This document shows, piece after piece, positions 20,596 to 29,151 of a DNA stretch of 64,000 nt. The number at the start of each line of letters is the position of its first letter. Position 1 is the first letter of the stretch. This DNA comes from an uncultured Clostridia bacterium (GTDB lineage: Bacteria > Bacillota > Clostridia > Christensenellales > UBA1242), in contig CAKVOP010000003.1 of the NCBI GenBank assembly GCA_934793215.1, positions 3,455 to 67,454 of the forward strand, in the 5' to 3' direction. A program made the position numbers and the translations under genes. The notes below the pieces were generated by a model. The model made no database searches. It saw only the letters and a program-made list of their open reading frames with translations, and was not told where the DNA came from.

Positions 20596-20619
20596 CAATT
20601 TTGCTATTTATTTTTTTTA
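20590..20619 (+). terminator. terminator after trpS
   Basis: AAATAGCA-ATTT-TGCTATTT followed by a T-run, overlapping the stop codon. Confidence 0.65.
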
Positions 20620-20901
20620 TAATTGTATCATTTTAATAATTTTTAAATTATTTAGCAAATTTAAGCAGATTTTCAAAATATTTTATATATTTTTAAAATA
20701 AATTTTAATAAAATTACATTATTTTCACTATTTTTTTTGTTATTTTTCAAATTTTTACTTATTTTTAATAAAATATTTTTTATTCCTAAATTTCTGTGAA
20801 AAAAATATTTATTATTTAACATAGTGCGTCTATTTTTTATTAAAATTTTTAAAAAAGCGTAAAAAATACTAAAAAATAAAATAAAAATCATAAAAAAACA
20901 T

Positions 20902-20934
20902 AAAAAAACAGCAAATTTGTATTAAAATGCTGTT
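20902..20934 (-). terminator. terminator after recF
   Basis: Minus strand reads AACAGCA-14 nt loop-TGCTGTT followed by a T7 run. Confidence 0.55.
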
Positions 20935-21010
20935 TTAATTGAATAATTTTATAAAATATTTTACTTATTTTTTTAATTCTTTTTAATTAATATATTAATA
21001 ATATCACCCA

Positions 21011-22072
21011 TTAATTTTTAACAATATTAAATATTTTTGCATCACTTACTTCATCAAAATCGGTGCAAGTAATTATAGTTTGAGTTTTGCTTGTAAAATT
21101 TAAAAGTTTTTTTCTTCTCTCTCTATCGAGTTCACTAAACACATCATCTAAAAGTAATATTGGGTATTCACCTACACGATTTTTTATAATTTCAAGTTCT
21201 GCAAGTTTAAGTGATAGTGCTACTGTTCTTTGTTGACCTTGACTACCAAAATTTTTTACTTCAACTCCATTTAGAAAAATATCTAAATCATCTCTATGAA
21301 CGCCGACAGATGTAAATCCAAGTCTATAATCTTTTTCAAGATTTTTTTGCAACGCTTTTAACATTTTTTCTTCATAATTATCTTCAAACGAAGAGGCGTA
21401 TTTTATAACCAGTTCTTCTTTTCCACCTGAAATATAAGAGTGTGCAAGGAGAGCAAGAGGTGATAATTCATCTATAAACTTTTTTCTTTCGTTTGCAATT
21501 TTTCCAGCAAGGTCACAGAGTGCTCTATCCCATATATCAATGGTTTCCTTTAAAGAAGATATATCTTTGCTTGTTTTTAAAAGTTTGTTTCTGTTTGCGA
21601 GCACTTTTTCATAACGACCTATAAGATAAAAATACCTCTTATTTGTTTGTGATATGTCAATATTCATAAAGCGTCTACGCTCTTCTGGACTTTCTTTTAC
21701 AAGTTTCAATTCATCTGGCGAAAAAAACACTGCATTTGAAGTGCCCATAAGTTCTCCAATTTTTTTTATTGGAATGTCATCAATTTTTATAGTTTTTTTA
21801 TGATTTTCATTAAAGAATAGTTCAATTTTAGTTTCTCTATACTTTTTTTGAAATTCTGCCTTTATATACGCAGTAGATTTTCCCCAAGATATAACCTCTT
21901 TTTCTTTGGAGGTTTTAAAACTTTTCCCAATGACTGCAAAAAAGATTGCTTCAAGAATATTGGTTTTTCCTTGTGCATTTTTACCTAACAATACATTAAA
22001 TTTGGGGTCAAACTCAAAGTATTTATCTTCGTGTGAGCGATAATCTTTGAGGGTTAAATTTTTTATAATCAC
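21011..22072 (-). CDS. recF: DNA replication and repair protein RecF
   Basis: Contains IIKNLTLKDYRSHE...LLGKNAQGKTNILEAI (Walker A)...GSQGQQRT...ILLLDDVFSELD. I placed the start at the GTG giving (M)IIKNLTL by homology. The track ORF extends to another GTG at 22129. Confidence 0.88.
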   Translation of the reverse strand: MIIKNLTLKDYRSHEDKYFEFDPKFNVLLGKNAQGKTNILEAIFFAVIGKSFKTSKEKEVISWGKSTAYIKAEFQKKYRETKIELFFNENHKKTIKIDDIPIKKIGELMGTSNAVFFSPDELKLVKESPEERRRFMNIDISQTNKRYFYLIGRYEKVLANRNKLLKTSKDISSLKETIDIWDRALCDLAGKIANERKKFIDELSPLALLAHSYISGGKEELVIKYASSFEDNYEEKMLKALQKNLEKDYRLGFTSVGVHRDDLDIFLNGVEVKNFGSQGQQRTVALSLKLAELEIIKNRVGEYPILLLDDVFSELDRERRKKLLNFTSKTQTIITCTDFDEVSDAKIFNIVKN

Positions 22073-22205
22073 ATTATTATAATAACATAATTTAAAGATA
22101 ATTTCCACTAAAACAGCAAAATTTTGCACTTTTTATGCTTATTTTTTATAAAAACTGCAAATTCTGGAAGTATTAAATTTTTTAAAATTATTTCGACACT
22201 CTTTA

Positions 22206-22234
22206 TTGACTTATCGTTTAGATAAATATATAAT
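22206..22234 (+). promoter_or_regulatory. sigma-A-type promoter for dnaA
   Basis: TTGACT, a 17-nt spacer, then TATAAT, 23 nt upstream of the dnaA ATG, with a GAGGTG RBS. Confidence 0.65.
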
Positions 22235-22257
22235 TATATATATAATAGAGGTGAAAA

Positions 22258-23610
22258 ATGCAAGACTTAAATTCTTTATGGCAAGCTGTTCTTGAAAAAC
22301 TTGAACTTACTGTTTCAAATGTATCTTTTGTTATGTGGTTTAAACCACTCAAGGCACTTGATTTTGTAGATGGGAAAAAACTTGTTATTTCAACAAATTC
22401 ACTTTCAGCCAAAAATCAAATAATGAGAAACTACTTTGATAAGTTGTCTTCCGCTGTGAACGACATTTTTGGTGCAGACACAGAAATTGAGGTTCTTGAC
22501 CAAAATGAAGCCATCGAATACATAAAACTTAACGGAGAAAAACCAAAAGCAAAAGAAGTAGAAGTTGTAAAAAACCCCTTTAACGAAAAATACACTTTCG
22601 ATAACTTTGTAGTCGGTAAAAGTAACCAGTTTGTTTACGCCGCAGCAAGAGCGGTTGCCGAACACCCAGGTGAAAAATTTAATCCCTTATTTATTTATGG
22701 CGGTGTTGGTCTTGGAAAAACTCACCTTTTACACGCAATAGGAAACTACATTAAAGAGTATAACCCTTCTCTTAACATAACTTATGTAACATGTGAAAAT
22801 TTTGCAAACGACTATATTGAATCTTTAAGTTCGGCATCTAAAAACAAATCTGTGCTTGAATTTAGACAAAAATATCGTAATTTAGACGTTTTAATGGTCG
22901 ATGATATTCAATTTATTGCTAAAAAAACATCAACACAAGAAGAATTTTTCCATACTTTTAACGAATTGTACCAAAATAATAAGCAAATTATCATTGCTTC
23001 TGATCGTCCACCTAAAGATATTGAAACTCTAGCAGATAGATTAAAATCTCGTTTTACTTGTGGACTTATTCAAGATATTCAATCTCCTGACTTTGAAACC
23101 CGAATTGCAATCATGCGAAAAAAGTGCCAACTTGAAAAATATGTGATTGATGATGATGTTATCACTTTTATAGCGGAAAAAAATGTTTCAAACATAAGGG
23201 AACTCGAAGGAATGCTTACAAAGGTCTACTATCTTGCAACTCTTCACAACAAAACTTCGGCAAGCATGGAAGAAGCAAACGAAGCTTTTGATAATGAATA
23301 CGAAACAGAGTCTAGCGACTCATTGACTGCTGACACAATTATTGACAAGGTTTGTTTGTATTTTAACATAACTCGCCAAGACATTATTGGAAAAAAGAAA
23401 AGCAAAGAGGTTGTTGAACCAAGAATGATAGCAATCTATCTTATTAATGAGATGCTCGAAATGCCTCTTGTAAGCATAGGAAAAATTTTTGGAGGACGTG
23501 ACCACACCACAATCATGCACTCTCGCGACAAAATTTCAGACGACATTAAGACCTCTCCAAAGATACAAACTTTCATCAGTGAAATTCGTAAAATGTTGAT
23601 AGGTGGATAA
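22258..23610 (+). CDS. dnaA: chromosomal replication initiator protein DnaA
   Basis: 450 aa with YTFDNFVVG.SN, GGVGLGKTHLLHAIGN, LMVDDIQF, and the C-terminal DNA-binding domain GGRDHTTIMH. Confidence 0.97.
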   Translation: MQDLNSLWQAVLEKLELTVSNVSFVMWFKPLKALDFVDGKKLVISTNSLSAKNQIMRNYFDKLSSAVNDIFGADTEIEVLDQNEAIEYIKLNGEKPKAKEVEVVKNPFNEKYTFDNFVVGKSNQFVYAAARAVAEHPGEKFNPLFIYGGVGLGKTHLLHAIGNYIKEYNPSLNITYVTCENFANDYIESLSSASKNKSVLEFRQKYRNLDVLMVDDIQFIAKKTSTQEEFFHTFNELYQNNKQIIIASDRPPKDIETLADRLKSRFTCGLIQDIQSPDFETRIAIMRKKCQLEKYVIDDDVITFIAEKNVSNIRELEGMLTKVYYLATLHNKTSASMEEANEAFDNEYETESSDSLTADTIIDKVCLYFNITRQDIIGKKKSKEVVEPRMIAIYLINEMLEMPLVSIGKIFGGRDHTTIMHSRDKISDDIKTSPKIQTFISEIRKMLIGG

Positions 23611-23628
23611 ATAAAATTTTTCATCCAC

Positions 23629-23649
23629 AAGTTATCCACATTTGCACAA
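23629..23649 (+). repeat. 21-bp direct repeat copy 1 (AAGTTATCCACATTTGCACAA) containing a perfect DnaA box
   Basis: Identical to 23712-23732, with 83 bp between starts. Confidence 0.9.
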
Positions 23650-23711
23650 TCTATATATAGTGTTTAATCGAGAAAAATTTGAAAAAAAATCCTAAATATT
23701 GGCCTTAAAAA

Positions 23712-23732
23712 AAGTTATCCACATTTGCACAA
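23712..23732 (+). repeat. 21-bp direct repeat copy 2 (AAGTTATCCACATTTGCACAA) containing a perfect DnaA box
   Basis: Identical to 23629-23649. Confidence 0.9.
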
Positions 23733-23735
23733 AAG

Positions 23736-23755
23736 TTATTATTACTATTATTATT
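23736..23755. other. DnaA-trio-like trinucleotide run
   Basis: Top strand reads TTA TTA TTA CTA TTA TTA TT, so the bottom strand reads TAA TAA TAG TAA TAA TAA. It starts 12 bp after the last DnaA box. Confidence 0.55.
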
Positions 23756-24131
23756 TTATCAATTAAAATTAATTAATTTTTAACTTCGCCCGCGTATTAT
23801 TTTCTTATTAAATTTTATATATTAAATAATGCTTTAAAATCGCTCTACACCCCTAAAACAAAGGGATAGAGCGATTTATATTTTATTTTAATATTATCTT
23901 TTTTTGCATAAAAAAATTATTTTATTAAATATATATTATTTATTAAAATTCGCATTTTTTGAGCATTATTTATTTTTATAATCTCGCAGAATTTATTAAT
24001 TTTTTTTAAAAATATATTAATATAATAATAGCATGTTTTGAATGTAAAAATTTGTCACTTTTTTTTGGCAAAAATGCTTGCTTATTGAATTAAAGTGTGT
24101 TACACTATGAGCAAGATTAAGGAGCAAGCAA

Positions 24132-25232
24132 ATGATAGTAAATTGCCAAGGGCTTGAACTTAGCGAAGCGTTCCTAAGAGTAAGCAAAGCCATTTCAAAC
24201 AAAATTACAAATCCTATCTTAGAAGGAATCAAAATCGTTGCAGAAGACGAAACTTTAACGCTTTCCGCTACTGATACCGAACTTTCAATTGAAAAGAAAA
24301 TTAAAGCTGATGTTAAGGTCGAAGGTGAAACAGTTGTCCCTGGAAGATTTATAACAGAATTCGTCAAAAAACTTACTAATTCACAAATTGAACTTGAATT
24401 AAATGAGAAAAACCAACTTACAATACGATATGAAGACAGCGAAAGTATGATTCAATGCTACAACCCTATTGAGTATCCTGGCTTCAAGAGAGTTGATACA
24501 CACGAATTTTTTGGAATTTCAAAGAAAGATTTTAGAACTTGCATAAATAAATCAATTTTTTCGGTTGCACTTGATGATTCAAGACCAATCTTAAAGGGTG
24601 TACTTTTCGATATTAATAATAACGAACTTAATGCGGTTGCACTTGATGGATATAGACTTGCAAGAGTTACTAAACATATTGAATCCAATATAACTAAATC
24701 AATAGTTGTTCCTTCAAGAAGTTTAAGCGAACTTGCAAAACTTATAGAAGATAGTGATGAAATCATCAATATTTACATTGATAATTACACAATTATGGTA
24801 GACCTTGGAGATACAAAAGTTACTTCAAGACTTTTGGAAGGTGATTATATTAATTATAAACAAATCATACCTGCAAACTATGAAACTTTTGTTATTGTAA
24901 ATAAAGAGCAATTTGAAGAGGCTCTTGAAAGAGCAACACTCCTTTCAAGAACAAGTAATAACAATTTTGTTAAGTTTGATATTAAAGAAAGCAATCTTTG
25001 CATTACTTCCAATAGTGAACTGGGTAACATTAAAGAAAACATTCCTGTTAATGTTTCTGGTAAAGACCTTGTAATTTCTTTTAATCCAAGATATTTTCTT
25101 GAAAGTTTAAGAGTTAATACAAATGAGTTTGTTAAAATCTGCTTTAACAAGCCTTCAACACCCTGTGTAATTGTTCCTACGGAAGAAGATGAGTTCTTGT
25201 ACCTCATTCTACCAGTAAGAGTCATCGGTTAA
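24132..25232 (+). CDS. dnaN: DNA polymerase III beta sliding clamp
   Basis: 366 aa with NPILEGIKI, LTLSATD.ELS, ATDGYRLA-like ALDGYRLA, and an AAGGAG RBS. Confidence 0.95.
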   Translation: MIVNCQGLELSEAFLRVSKAISNKITNPILEGIKIVAEDETLTLSATDTELSIEKKIKADVKVEGETVVPGRFITEFVKKLTNSQIELELNEKNQLTIRYEDSESMIQCYNPIEYPGFKRVDTHEFFGISKKDFRTCINKSIFSVALDDSRPILKGVLFDINNNELNAVALDGYRLARVTKHIESNITKSIVVPSRSLSELAKLIEDSDEIINIYIDNYTIMVDLGDTKVTSRLLEGDYINYKQIIPANYETFVIVNKEQFEEALERATLLSRTSNNNFVKFDIKESNLCITSNSELGNIKENIPVNVSGKDLVISFNPRYFLESLRVNTNEFVKICFNKPSTPCVIVPTEEDEFLYLILPVRVIG

Positions 25233-25250
25233 AAAATAAAAAAAGTAAAA

Positions 25251-25282
25251 AAACATATTGAGCCCTTATCAATATGTTTTTT
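25251..25282 (+). terminator. terminator after dnaN
   Basis: AAACATATTGA-GCCCTTA-TCAATATGTTT followed by a T-run. Confidence 0.8.
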
Positions 25283-25536
25283 ATTTATAGTTATAAAATT
25301 AAAAATAAATTTTATTGATATTTAGCAATTTTTATAGTTAAAACTATTTTTAATAGGAAAAAACAATTTTTTTACGTTTAAAACAAGGAAATTAAAATAA
25401 ATAGAAAAATACACAATTTTATAAAGTTTTATAGAAATTATTTAAAAAATAATAAATTTAAGAAAAAAGTTAAAAAAGTGGTTTAAAATTTTGAAATTTT
25501 TCATGAATATGCTAAAATAATTGCAAGGAGAAAATA

Positions 25537-26058
25537 ATGAACTATTTTGAAAATGAAAGAAATCTTTATTGGGCAAAGATGAAAGAAAATGCAATTATTC
25601 CAACAAGAGAAAGTGAAAACGCAGGATATGATATGTATGCATGTTTCGATGACGATTATATTTTGATTGAACCACATGAAACAAAATTAATTCCAACCGG
25701 AGTGGCATGGGCAAGCAGTGAAGAGTTTTATCTTCAAATTGAAGAACGCTCTTCGACTGGAAGTAAAGGCATCAAAAAAAGTGCAGGAGTTATAGATAGT
25801 GGTTATCGCGGTGAAATAAAAATTGCAATTACAAATTCTCGTAACTTCGCAATTATTTTTTCAAATTTAGATGATGATGCATTGATTGAAAAATATCCAA
25901 ACTTAATGGGAGGATTGTATTATTCGACAAAGAAAGCGATTGCACAAGCGATTGTACATAGAGTTGAAAAAATGAATGAAAAGGTTATCTCTTACGAGGA
26001 ATTATCAAAAATTTCTTCAAATCGTGGAGATAAGGGCTGGGGCAGTAGCGGGAAATAA
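25537..26058 (+). CDS. dut: dUTP diphosphatase
   Basis: Contains NAGYDMYA, GVIDSGYRGEI and the C-terminal RGDKGWGSSG motif. Confidence 0.85.
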   Translation: MNYFENERNLYWAKMKENAIIPTRESENAGYDMYACFDDDYILIEPHETKLIPTGVAWASSEEFYLQIEERSSTGSKGIKKSAGVIDSGYRGEIKIAITNSRNFAIIFSNLDDDALIEKYPNLMGGLYYSTKKAIAQAIVHRVEKMNEKVISYEELSKISSNRGDKGWGSSGK

Positions 26059-26344
26059 TCAAAAATTGTTGGATTAGTCTAAGATTGAAAAATAAAATGT
26101 TAAGCCAAAAGTAAAGACAAAATTAAAGCATGTAAGATTTAGCATGTTTTTTTTTATTTAAGGAATTATAGCAATGTACTTCTAAAAGTTCTGTAAAGAA
26201 TAATGTCAAATTATGTTGAAAACCCTAGTAAAAAGTTGACTTATCGGGTCGATTTTTTCTATAATGTGTTAAGAAATGTATATCTTTAAATATATCTAGT
26301 ATATTTAATGGTTAAACTACGAAATCTATTTAAAAGGGGATACG

Positions 26345-28189
26345 ATGGAGAAAAAAACTAAAAACAAGTTTTTGAGCACAATTACTCGCTACATAATTTC
26401 GTTTTTGTTTTTGTCAAGTTGGATTGTGCTTGGCGTTGCTCTTGCACTCAAATCAGCAAATGTTGATTTTGGAGGAAGTATCACCTTTACTGCCACAGGA
26501 ATTAATGCAAATATAACTGGTATTGTTACAGGTACAAAAACAGAAAACAATCTGCCAGACATTAAGATTGATAGAACAGTCACTTCATTCACCACTCCAA
26601 ATGCTTGGAAAAATATGACTCTTGACTTTGATGAAAATAATGAGATCGTCATCAAAGTGAACATAGAAAATTTAAGTAATAACCGTGACTTTTGGATTAC
26701 ATTTGACGATAATATCTCATCTGCAAATACAATCGTTACTAGAATACAAGAGCAGAAACAAGTAACAAACTTTTCAAATATGGTTGTCAAGGGCGGTGAA
26801 ACACAAACAATCGATATAACTTTGAATGTTGAAAACAAAAACATTAAAGTTAATGGTAATTTTGCTCTTGCTTTAAATCTCACAAATGAACGCGTGGCAG
26901 TAGATGAATCAGTGTATGCAGACGCTATGACCTTCAATGTTCTTAACGAAACAAATAAAACAGTATCTGTTACAAATGCAGGCGACACGACTATTACAAG
27001 CCTCGATGTCCCAGACAAGATTCTCAAAAACGGAAAAGAATATACAGTAACCAAAATTGAAAACAATGCATTCAAAGATTACACATCTTTAACATCAGTT
27101 AAACTGCCTTCCACACTCACCACAATAGGGGACTATGGTTTTGCAAGATGTTCAAATCTTGCTAAAATCAGTATTCCAAAAGGATTGACTATTATTGGAA
27201 ATGCAGTGCTCACTTACACCTCCAAACTTACATCTTTAACATTGCCAAAATCGTTAAATACGATTGGAACTTATTTTTTAAGCAAGAGTTCAGTTCAATC
27301 GCTAACTATACCTGCGAGTGTTAATAGAATTGGTGGAAGATTTTTATGGCAAGCCACAACTAAACAAGTTATATTTGAAAACATGGCTGGTTGGACACTT
27401 GGCGATGAGAAATTAGATGTTACAAATTCAGAATTAAATGCAATAAAAGCAACAACTGCAAATACTGATGCCACTTGGACGCGTTCAACACCAAAAGATA
27501 CAGATTATACTGGGAAATTGACGTTTACTTACGACAACAATGCAAAGACAGCATCTGTCAAAGGTGCTGACAACACACAAACCTCTATTGTAATTCCAGA
27601 TAAAATAGTTTGCAACGATTCTTCTAGTGGTGGAACTGTTGGTGAAACTTATACAGTAACGACAATAGGAGCAAACGCTTTTGAAAACTTCACCAAGATG
27701 AAAAGTGTTTCAATTCCTAATACAATTACAAACATTCGATACAGGGCGTTTAGATATTGCTCTAATTTAGAGAAAATTATCTTACCTGATGATACAAATC
27801 TAGATTCTTCGGATATCTTTTCATTTTGCTCCAATCTAGCATCAGTTAAACTACCAGAAAATTTAAAAAATATTCCTTTTGGTACTTTTTACAAGTGTGA
27901 CAAGTTGGCAAGCATTGCTATTTCAGCAAGTGTTGCTAAAATAGCTGGCTGCGCATTCCAATGCTCTGGAATCACAAATATAACTATTCCTGCCAAAGTT
28001 TCTAGAATAGAAGCAAATGCATTTAAGGATTGTTCAGTTTTAAATTCAATAGTTTTTGAAAATCCTTCTGGTTGGATGGTGACGAGTGGAGATACCACCG
28101 TCACACCAACAATTTCAACCACAGATTTTTCTGCCAACGCAACATTATTAAAAACAGACTATGTATCATACAACTGGACTCGCTCATAA
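26345..28189 (+). CDS. BspA-type leucine-rich-repeat surface protein
   Basis: 614 aa with an N-terminal TM/signal anchor (YIISFLFLSSWIVLGVALAL). Two LRR blocks show the pattern I...AF..C..L.S(I/V).(I/L)P..(L/V).I. Confidence 0.8.
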   Translation: MEKKTKNKFLSTITRYIISFLFLSSWIVLGVALALKSANVDFGGSITFTATGINANITGIVTGTKTENNLPDIKIDRTVTSFTTPNAWKNMTLDFDENNEIVIKVNIENLSNNRDFWITFDDNISSANTIVTRIQEQKQVTNFSNMVVKGGETQTIDITLNVENKNIKVNGNFALALNLTNERVAVDESVYADAMTFNVLNETNKTVSVTNAGDTTITSLDVPDKILKNGKEYTVTKIENNAFKDYTSLTSVKLPSTLTTIGDYGFARCSNLAKISIPKGLTIIGNAVLTYTSKLTSLTLPKSLNTIGTYFLSKSSVQSLTIPASVNRIGGRFLWQATTKQVIFENMAGWTLGDEKLDVTNSELNAIKATTANTDATWTRSTPKDTDYTGKLTFTYDNNAKTASVKGADNTQTSIVIPDKIVCNDSSSGGTVGETYTVTTIGANAFENFTKMKSVSIPNTITNIRYRAFRYCSNLEKIILPDDTNLDSSDIFSFCSNLASVKLPENLKNIPFGTFYKCDKLASIAISASVAKIAGCAFQCSGITNITIPAKVSRIEANAFKDCSVLNSIVFENPSGWMVTSGDTTVTPTISTTDFSANATLLKTDYVSYNWTRS

Positions 28190-28288
28190 AATCAATAGTT
28201 GTAAATAGTGTTGGCGGTGAGAGTAAGTTACACTAACGCTCCCATATTAGTAGAGAATGAAAGATATTCTTCTACATAAATTCAACTT

Positions 28289-28316
28289 AAAACCTCGACA
28301 AAAGTCGGGGTTTTTA
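28289..28316 (+). terminator. terminator after the LRR gene
   Basis: AACCTCGAC-AAAA-GTCGGGGTT followed by a T-run. Confidence 0.75.
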
Positions 28317-28369
28317 TTTATTACAATGGGTATATCTCTTTTTTAAAAGGTATAATGTTAAGATTATAA

Positions 28370-28398
28370 TTGACAAAGATAGAATTATTTATTATAAT
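28370..28398 (+). promoter_or_regulatory. sigma-A-type promoter for the rpmH operon
   Basis: TTGACA, a 17-nt spacer, then TATAAT, 30 nt upstream of rpmH. Confidence 0.7.
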
Positions 28399-28428
28399 TT
28401 AGTAGTTACTAATAAAAAGGAGGCAAAC

Positions 28429-28563
28429 ATGAAAAGAACTTATCAACCAAAGAAAAGACAAAGAAGCAAAGTTCACGGTTTTAGAGAAAGAATGAGAACC
28501 AATGGCGGAAGAAATGTTTTAAAGAGAAGAAGAAATCGTGGAAGAAAAAAATTATCTGCTTAA
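28429..28563 (+). CDS. rpmH: 50S ribosomal protein L34
   Basis: Too short for the ORF track. My translation is [44 protein letters not shown], with an AAGGAGG RBS. Confidence 0.95.
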   Translation: MKRTYQPKKRQRSKVHGFRERMRTNGGRNVLKRRRNRGRKKLSA

Positions 28564-28888
28564 TGCAAAAGAAAGGTCAGACCATAGGTTAAAGAAAAAT
28601 AGACAATTTAATTATATTTATAAGAAAGGAGAAAAGGTTAAATCAAAGAATTTCAACCTTTTTATTATAAATAGTAAATTTAAGACTTATAAAATAGGCT
28701 ATTCAATTTCAAAGAAAGAGGGTAAAGCAAACAAGCGTAATCTTTTAAAACGCAGACTTCGAGAAATCGTGCGAAAAAACTCTCTTCCAAAAGAATTTCA
28801 CAACTATGTTTTGCAGGCTAAATTTGGGGCATGCGATCTTGGTTATGACGAAATTGAAAAGCAAGTCAAATCGTTGTTTACAAAATGA
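28538..28888 (+). CDS. rnpA: ribonuclease P protein component
   Basis: Basic 116-aa protein directly after rpmH with L.K...F..I...G and KA..RN..KRRLRE motifs. The GTG start is uncertain. Confidence 0.85.
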   Translation: MEEKNYLLNAKERSDHRLKKNRQFNYIYKKGEKVKSKNFNLFIINSKFKTYKIGYSISKKEGKANKRNLLKRRLREIVRKNSLPKEFHNYVLQAKFGACDLGYDEIEKQVKSLFTK

Positions 28889-29151
28889 AAGTTATTAAGA
28901 AGATTTTAAGATTTATATGCTTAATCCCCGTCTATATTTATAAGGCGGTGATTTCACCTCTTATCCCCCACACATGCAGGTTTTACCCAACATGTTCCTC
29001 CTATGCAATAGAGGCGGTTTATAAATTTGGATTTTTTAAAGGCATTTCTTTAACTTCAAAACGCCTAGTGCGTTGCAATCCTAAAAATAAGGAGTGCGGT
29101 TACGACCCAGTTCCTAACAATATTAAAGGAGAAATAAAATGGCTAATTTAA
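28885..29151 (+). CDS. yidD: membrane protein insertion efficiency factor YidD
   Basis: Contains CRFYPTCSSYAIEAV...RLVRCNP...GYDPVP. Confidence 0.9.
   Translation: MKVIKKILRFICLIPVYIYKAVISPLIPHTCRFYPTCSSYAIEAVYKFGFFKGISLTSKRLVRCNPKNKECGYDPVPNNIKGEIKWLI

Larger units (their letters stand above)
23603..24131. other. oriC (DnaA-box cluster, DnaA-trio-like run, AT-rich unwinding region)
   Basis: DnaA boxes: TTATCCACC (minus strand, 23603-23611), TCATCCACA (23621-23629), TTATCCACA (23632-23640) and TTATCCACA (23715-23723). These are followed by a TTA/CTA triplet run and more than 300 bp of almost pure A+T up to dnaN. Confidence 0.85.

Noticed and set aside
20673-20891. 72-aa minus-strand ORF in the trpS-recF spacer
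   Set aside because: It is pure low-complexity Ile/Lys/Asn/Phe sequence produced by AT-only DNA. It has no RBS and overlaps the terminator region.
23629-23732. Direct repeats that might suggest a CRISPR or iteron array
   Set aside because: There are only two copies, and each contains a perfect DnaA box at the dnaA 3' end. They are explained as oriC elements. No cas genes or further repeats are present.
26389-27075. 228-aa minus-strand ORF
   Set aside because: It is antisense to the LRR surface-protein gene, which has clear repeat structure and a signal anchor.
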